Assembly (NCBI GenBank): GCA_965222375.1
Contig: CBDCTZ010000014.1
Span: 1,184,001-1,248,000, forward strand
DNA: 64,000 bases
Origin: Polyangiaceae bacterium
GTDB lineage: Bacteria; Myxococcota_A; Polyangia; Polyangiales; Polyangiaceae
Direction: 5' to 3'
Part shown: positions 59,071 through 64,000 of the stretch, one piece after another
Layout: the number at the start of each line of letters is the position of its first letter
How positions within the stretch are numbered: position 1 is the first letter of the stretch
Program-made: the position numbers and the translations under genes
Notes under the pieces: model-generated
What the model was told of the DNA's origin: nothing
Seen by the model: the letters and a program-made list of their open reading frames with translations, nothing else
Databases searched by the model: none

Positions 59071-59229
59071 CGTCCCGGCGCAGAGGCCCACGGCGAGCAG
59101 TGCGAAACCGGCGTGGCGGGGACGGGGCACTGAGGGACTAGGCAGCAGCCGGGATCCCAAGGCAAACGCCCGGCTCTTGCCCGACGCTCTCGACGCTCGC
59201 GGCGGACTCGGATAGAAATGGAAAGGAGC

Positions 59230-59877
59230 ATGAGCCCGCAGAACCAGTCCCTGGCGTGCCCACGCTGCCGCGTGGCGCTTTTTGTTGGCAATCTGCCGAA
59301 CGGCTCCATGCACGGTTGCGGCCAATGCGGTGGAGTGTGGCTGGATAGCGCCTCCAGTCAGCGTCTGACGAATGCGCTATGTGATCACACCGTTTCATTG
59401 GCCGACAAGATCGGCCGCGCGGCGCCTGGGGCGCCCCAACAAGGGCCCGCCTATTGCCCGGTATGTCAGCAACAGCTGAACGTGACTCGGGTATCCCGCG
59501 CGCAGGTGGAAATCGACGTCTGCGGATCCCACGGCGCCTGGTTCGATCGGGACGAGTTGCAAACCGTCGCCCGGGCTTTTGCCGTCGATCGCGCCTATTC
59601 GGGGCCGAACCCCGCTGCAGTGGGCGTGGGAGCCGCCGCCGTGGGCGCGGGGGCCCTGGGCGCTGCGGCAGTGGCGCAGGATCCCAGCGTTGTGCAGCGC
59701 GCTCAGCGCGCCGTCGAGGAGCACGGAACGACCGCAGCAGAGGTTGGCGTGGAAGCGCTGGACTTCGTGGACGCTGGAGACGTTGCGGAGGGAGCGGGGA
59801 TCGCCGCGGAGGCAGCAGGTGGTATTGCCGAAGGTGCTTTCGAACTCCTGGGCGGGATCTTCAGTTCCCTGGGCTGA
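59230..59877 (+). CDS. Tandem zf-TFIIB-like zinc-finger protein
   Basis: CPRC...CGQCGGVWLD; CPVC...IDVCGSHGAWFDRDEL; AAAGGAG RBS. Confidence 0.8.
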   Translation: MSPQNQSLACPRCRVALFVGNLPNGSMHGCGQCGGVWLDSASSQRLTNALCDHTVSLADKIGRAAPGAPQQGPAYCPVCQQQLNVTRVSRAQVEIDVCGSHGAWFDRDELQTVARAFAVDRAYSGPNPAAVGVGAAAVGAGALGAAAVAQDPSVVQRAQRAVEEHGTTAAEVGVEALDFVDAGDVAEGAGIAAEAAGGIAEGAFELLGGIFSSLG

Positions 59878-59899
59878 GCCTCACGTAGCCAGCAAGCTG

Positions 59900-60655
59900 T
59901 CACTGTGCGTTGGCGGTGTCGATGAGAAGCTTCTTCAACGCCTCGAAGTTTGCGACAACGCTCAGATCATTGTCGGTGAGATTGAAGGCTTGCAGTGGGA
60001 AGTTCTTCGAGTCAACCACGACGACGTCGCGGTAGCCGGCTTGCCAGGCGCCCTCGACATTTGCTGCAGCGGTGTCCTGCAACCAGGGCAAGCTACGGCC
60101 CGCGGTGATGGTCGGATTGCCCGACTCCAGGCCCTGACTGTTCACACCGAGGATCTGGATCGGCACTTTGGTGCTCACCAGAGCTAGTTCCGTCTGCAAG
60201 GTGTCCAGGTAGCCAAACTGGCTACTGCAGTAGCTTCAGGTTGCGTGCCCGAAGTACCAGGCGGAAACCTGTCCCAGGTAGTCTCGGGGGGACACGGACT
60301 TTTGGTAAGTTGACGACGCTGGGTTTTCGTCGGTCAGGGCGAAGTCCGGCACGATCGTCGCCGGCGCATCCGCCGCGTCCGAGCCGGTCTGCGCGTCTCC
60401 GGCATCGGCCAGAGCCGCGTCCATCGCCGCTTCTTTGGCAACGTCCGCCGCGGCCGCGTCTTTGGGCAAAGAAGAATCCGCCCCACCTTGGGGCGTGCCT
60501 GCAGTTCCGTCGCTCGTCGCGGCGTCGACGGCCGCGATGCCCCCAGCGCCGGCCGCGGCTGCGGGGCCGAAGGGTTCGTCCTGGCCGCAGGCTATCGCCG
60601 TTGCAAGAGTCAGCGTTGCGAGCGCGAATCCGGGCGTGGAAGGGCCATGGTGCAT
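59900..60655 (-). CDS. Selenocysteine-containing thioredoxin/peroxiredoxin-fold lipoprotein (UxxC), 251 aa
   Basis: ORFs 60236..60655 and 59900..60199 are in one frame, separated only by TGA at 60236-60238: VPDFALTD...WYFGHAT-U-SYC-SSQF...ILGVN...LPWLQD; a SECIS-like hairpin follows. Confidence 0.85.
60206..60227 (-). promoter_or_regulatory. Putative bacterial SECIS element
   Basis: mRNA GUAGCCA-GUU-UGGCUAC stem-loop; the G-first apical loop lies 17 nt 3' of the UGA. Confidence 0.65.
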
Positions 60656-60781
60656 GTTGATGAGCGTGAAGCTTCGGCGCTGACACTGTCAAGAGAGAGT
60701 TGGTGATGCGCGACCCGCCCAAAAATCCCTGCGAAAGCCGTCAGTTTGCGAAGCCGCTGGTGGCGACCCCATATTGTCCAT

Positions 60782-61417
60782 GTGAACAAAGAACAATCGC
60801 CGCGGATGTCGCCCATCGTCTTGGTTGCCGTCGCCGCCGCGGCCCTAGCGCTGTTCGTAGGCTACTTCGTCGGACGCGCTAGAGTGCCGACTCTGCCGCC
60901 CGCGTCGAGCTCGGTGACCGTCGTTCGCACGACACCAAGCGTGATTGTCGCGCTGCGGGATCTGGCTCGCTTGGAGAGCGCCGAGGCGCACATCGAACGG
61001 GTGATCGACTTGCGTGACAAGCAGTCGCGCCTGTTCGGCTTGATCGAAGCCGAAGATGCGCTGCTACTCGTAGCTAGTGGTACGGTGGTTGCCGGCGTCG
61101 ACCTGTCCAAGCTGCGCGAGGGCGACATCGTCGTGGACGAAGAAAAAAAGAGCGCTCGGATCGTCTTGCCTCGACCCGAGGTGCTGTCGGCGCGTCTCGA
61201 CAATGAACGCACTTTCGTGCACACGCGCAAAACCGACGTGCTGGCGAAGCGCAAGGAGTCTTTGGAGACGAAGGCCCGCAAGGAAGCCGAGCGGAGCCTC
61301 AAGGAAGCTGCCAAGGAAAGCGGAGTGGTGAAGCGAGCCCGCAAGAACTCCGCTGCCACGGTCAAGAGCTTGGTCGAGGCGCTGGGCTACAGCGACGTCT
61401 CCGTGACTTTTCGATAG
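60782..61417 (+). CDS. DUF4230-like protein
   Basis: N-terminal TM; LLVASGTVVAGVDLSKL, IVLPRPEV, A..SG....ARKNS; start codon uncertain. Confidence 0.75.
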   Translation: MNKEQSPRMSPIVLVAVAAAALALFVGYFVGRARVPTLPPASSSVTVVRTTPSVIVALRDLARLESAEAHIERVIDLRDKQSRLFGLIEAEDALLLVASGTVVAGVDLSKLREGDIVVDEEKKSARIVLPRPEVLSARLDNERTFVHTRKTDVLAKRKESLETKARKEAERSLKEAAKESGVVKRARKNSAATVKSLVEALGYSDVSVTFR

Positions 61418-61454
61418 GCGTCACCTCGGGATAGCTCCGACGCCCAGTGATACT

Positions 61455-61794
61455 CTGGAGCGAGTTGCACGCTTCGCAGCTTGGGTTTCCCTGACCGCCT
61501 TGTTGGCTGCGTGTTCCATCCTCGCGCCGGGCGACGACGAGCTCATCGGCGGTGGTTCCAGAGCCGCAGCGGGCGCTGGCGGCGCCGCAGGAAGCACTGG
61601 GGCCGGAGGAACTTGGTGGATCGAACCAACAGCATGGCCTCGAACTTCAGCGAGATACGTTCCGGAGTCTCGCCGCGTGCGGCAACAACTCGAATCACTG
61701 GTTCTTGCTCAATGACTCTCTGGTGCTCTGCCCTCGGACGTGCACGGACCAGCCTCCTTCGGCGACGTACAAGATTGACATTGTCAGCAATTGA
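61455..61794 (+). pseudogene. Degraded lipoprotein gene remnant
   Basis: LLAAC lipobox plus Gly linker in one frame; ACG....W....LVLCPRTC C-terminal motif in another frame. Confidence 0.35.
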
Positions 61795-61814
61795 CCTTTT
61801 GCGGTCAGAGGCTC

Positions 61815-62666
61815 CTAGAACGTACCGCCGAAGCTGAGCTGGCCACCCCGGGGTGTGGGCGACGCGCTGAGGTACGACACGGACTCCTGTCCCTTCTTGT
61901 TTCCGGAAAAATAGAGGTACGCCGCCGCGCCGCCCGCTACGACCGCCACCCCCAAGGAGATGTCCGCGAGGAGGTAGCTCGTGCGCATCGAATCCACATC
62001 GTCGCGGCTGCAATCGGGTTTGCAGGAGTCCATGTCGTTCTGCTTGCCCCTTCCGGAAAGCCCAAACGCAGCAAACCCTCCAACTCCGACGACAGCCACG
62101 CCACCGAGCACGTAGACGAAAGGGCTCACGGATGAACCCTCCTCGGTTTTCGGAGTTGGCGCCGGCGCCGGTTGGTCGGACTCTCGGGCCGGGAGTTCAC
62201 CAATCCACTCGAGCTTCTGGCCTTCCGCCAAGTTGAGCTTCTTTTCTACATGGCGCCCGTCGGCGGATTCCAATCGGACGCTGACTTCCCCCACGTCCAC
62301 GAGAATGCTTCCGTCCGGCTCGGTGGGCGGAGCAGGCTGACCGTTGATGGTGACGCGTACGTCGGAAACGAAGTTGCCCGACTCGTCCTTCGCCTTGAGA
62401 GTCAGCCTCGGCACTGCGTCCTTGATGCCTTCCGCAAGGCTTCGGCAATCCTCCCGCACTAGCTTTGGACACTTGTCGTGTCCGCATACCGAGAAGTGCT
62501 CTTGGGCTTCTCGGATCTTGCCTGCCTTTCGGCTCGCCTGGCCGCGCTCGTGGGCATCGAAGCACTGGTCCTTAGAGGGTGCTTCCGCGCCGTGAGCGGG
62601 GGTCGTCGAGATGAGCGCGAGTGCGCTGCTGGCCAAGAGCAGAATTGTCAGTAGTGGCTTCATCAC
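61815..62666 (-). CDS. Secreted TPR-like/PEGA-like protein with a C-terminal membrane segment (kinase-associated)
   Basis: C..AHERGQ...GK...A...F..C....CP..VREDC; typical gene downstream of a Polyangiaceae kinase. Confidence 0.7.
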   Translation of the reverse strand: MMKPLLTILLLASSALALISTTPAHGAEAPSKDQCFDAHERGQASRKAGKIREAQEHFSVCGHDKCPKLVREDCRSLAEGIKDAVPRLTLKAKDESGNFVSDVRVTINGQPAPPTEPDGSILVDVGEVSVRLESADGRHVEKKLNLAEGQKLEWIGELPARESDQPAPAPTPKTEEGSSVSPFVYVLGGVAVVGVGGFAAFGLSGRGKQNDMDSCKPDCSRDDVDSMRTSYLLADISLGVAVVAGGAAAYLYFSGNKKGQESVSYLSASPTPRGGQLSFGGTF

Positions 62667-64000
62667 ATGCAGTGCCGTTTGAACTTCTTGATGCCGTTCT
62701 CGACAGTATACGGCGGATCGCAGTCGGCTTTGACCGGCGGCTTGCGGATTGGGGGCGTGGTGGCGGCAGGTCGTTTGGTGGGGTCGGCCTCGGACTTCGG
62801 TTTACTTGCGACTTCGGGGGGAGGCTCGGGCGGGCCGCTGGCGGACGGTTTGGGCGCGTCAGCTGACTCGGTGGGCGTCGGGTCCACGTTGGGCTCGAGT
62901 ACGGTGGACGCGGGCTCCGGTGGCTTCGCCGCTGCGGCCGCGGGATCGGCGCTAGGTCCCACTTCAGCGGTTTCGGGCTCTGCGCGGAGGAACACGAAGA
63001 GACCAATCACCATTGCGACGGCGAGCCCCAGCACGATCGCCGCCAGCGCGATGAGGGGGGCTTTGGGCGGCATCGACTGTCGCGGCGGCCCCGCATAGGA
63101 CGCGACGCTCATCTCGGAAACATGGGAAATCGGCGTCTTGGCGTCGCTCGGAACGGGTTGAAACCCCGCGGGTGTGGGGTTACTCCCTACGAAGCCGGCA
63201 CTTGCGTTCGGGTTTGACGCGGGTTCACGCCCCACAAGCCCTGAGCTTACGCTCGGATTGGACGCGGGCTCGCGAATGCGCGTGGCGACGGCCTCATCGA
63301 AATCTGCCGAAGATGGCGGCGGTGCATCCCTCGGGAGCAGTTCACTCGGACCGACGAAGGAATCGGAGATCTGCGTCGTCGCGTCGTCGATGTCGTTGTC
63401 CCCGCCGGTGAACGGCGGGGCGTCCATCGCCGGGGCAGGGGACTCGAGAGGCAGCGTCGTCGCCGCAGCTGGCGCCTTCGACTGTGCGCTCTCGTCCTTA
63501 GCTTGGGGTGCGGGGGCCGCGGGACGCTCGCCCTCCCGGGTTTGGATCCGGGCACGTAGCTCCTGCTTGGTCGCCGGCGCACCCGAGGCGTGATCACTCG
63601 CTACCTCAGCGAGCCGCGCACTGCGTCCGCGCAACATCTCGCCAGCGTGATGTTCGACCCACTCACCGATCTTTCGAGGAATGGCAGGTGGGATCGCGTC
63701 TTCCAGGGCGATGGCCATTTCTCGCGCGGTTTGAAAACGCTTGCTCGGGTCCTTGTTCAGGGCGCGCAGCACGATCGCATCAATGCTGGCGCTAAGATTT
63801 GGGGCAATGCTGCTCGGGGGTGGGACGTTGCACTCGATGACCTTGGCAATAGTGCGTCCAGGATCTTCACTCGAGAACAGCAGCCGTCCGGTGAGGGCTT
63901 CCCAAGCACAAATTCCGGCGGAGAAGATGTCGGCGCGTAGATCCAGGTTGTCCATGCGGATCTGCTCGGGGGCCATGTACGAGAACTTTCCTTTGGTGCG
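62663..64000 (-). CDS. Ser/Thr protein kinase (5' end outside the window)
   Basis: KGKFSYMAPEQ, RADIFSAG, RFQTAREM; TM plus Pro-rich tail ending CDPPY. Confidence 0.9.
   Translation of the reverse strand, partial: RTKGKFSYMAPEQIRMDNLDLRADIFSAGICAWEALTGRLLFSSEDPGRTIAKVIECNVPPPSSIAPNLSASIDAIVLRALNKDPSKRFQTAREMAIALEDAIPPAIPRKIGEWVEHHAGEMLRGRSARLAEVASDHASGAPATKQELRARIQTREGERPAAPAPQAKDESAQSKAPAAATTLPLESPAPAMDAPPFTGGDNDIDDATTQISDSFVGPSELLPRDAPPPSSADFDEAVATRIREPASNPSVSSGLVGREPASNPNASAGFVGSNPTPAGFQPVPSDAKTPISHVSEMSVASYAGPPRQSMPPKAPLIALAAIVLGLAVAMVIGLFVFLRAEPETAEVGPSADPAAAAAKPPEPASTVLEPNVDPTPTESADAPKPSASGPPEPPPEVASKPKSEADPTKRPAATTPPIRKPPVKADCDPPYTVENGIKKFKRHCM

Noticed and set aside
60236..60238. TGA as a nonsense mutation (pseudogene)
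   Set aside because: It falls exactly at the redox Cys position and is followed by a SECIS-like hairpin, so Sec recoding is the better explanation

Overview
High-GC bacterial DNA, very likely a myxobacterium (Myxococcota, Polyangiaceae/Sorangium-like): it has a MYXO-CTERM protein, many Gly/Ser-linker lipoproteins, Ser/Thr kinases with a PEGA-type partner, and bactofilin. No rRNA, tRNA, CRISPR array or transposase was recognised. The main feature is a ~17.5 kb locus (22746-40190) built around a His-Xaa-Ser repeat precursor peptide (core HAS x2, HGS x5, HGQW). The locus holds HxsB, two HxsD-type proteins, four more radical SAM enzymes, a stand-alone HExxH (putative aKG-dependent) peptide-modifying enzyme, two unannotated proteins with an ABBA/LynF prenyltransferase-like strand pattern, a Tat-exported protein, and an embedded PhcB/PhcS/PhcR-like methyltransferase plus two-component module. 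This suggests a signal-controlled, heavily tailored RiPP system. Other highlights: a hidden selenoprotein (UxxC thioredoxin-fold lipoprotein with a SECIS-like hairpin) that the ORF track splits in two; an AckA-PduL fusion in an operon with a multiheme cytochrome; a bactofilin/pentapeptide-bactofilin operon; a WYL operator array; and a repeat-rich surface protein gene broken by four +1 frameshifts. All family assignments come from reading motifs by eye, with no database searches.
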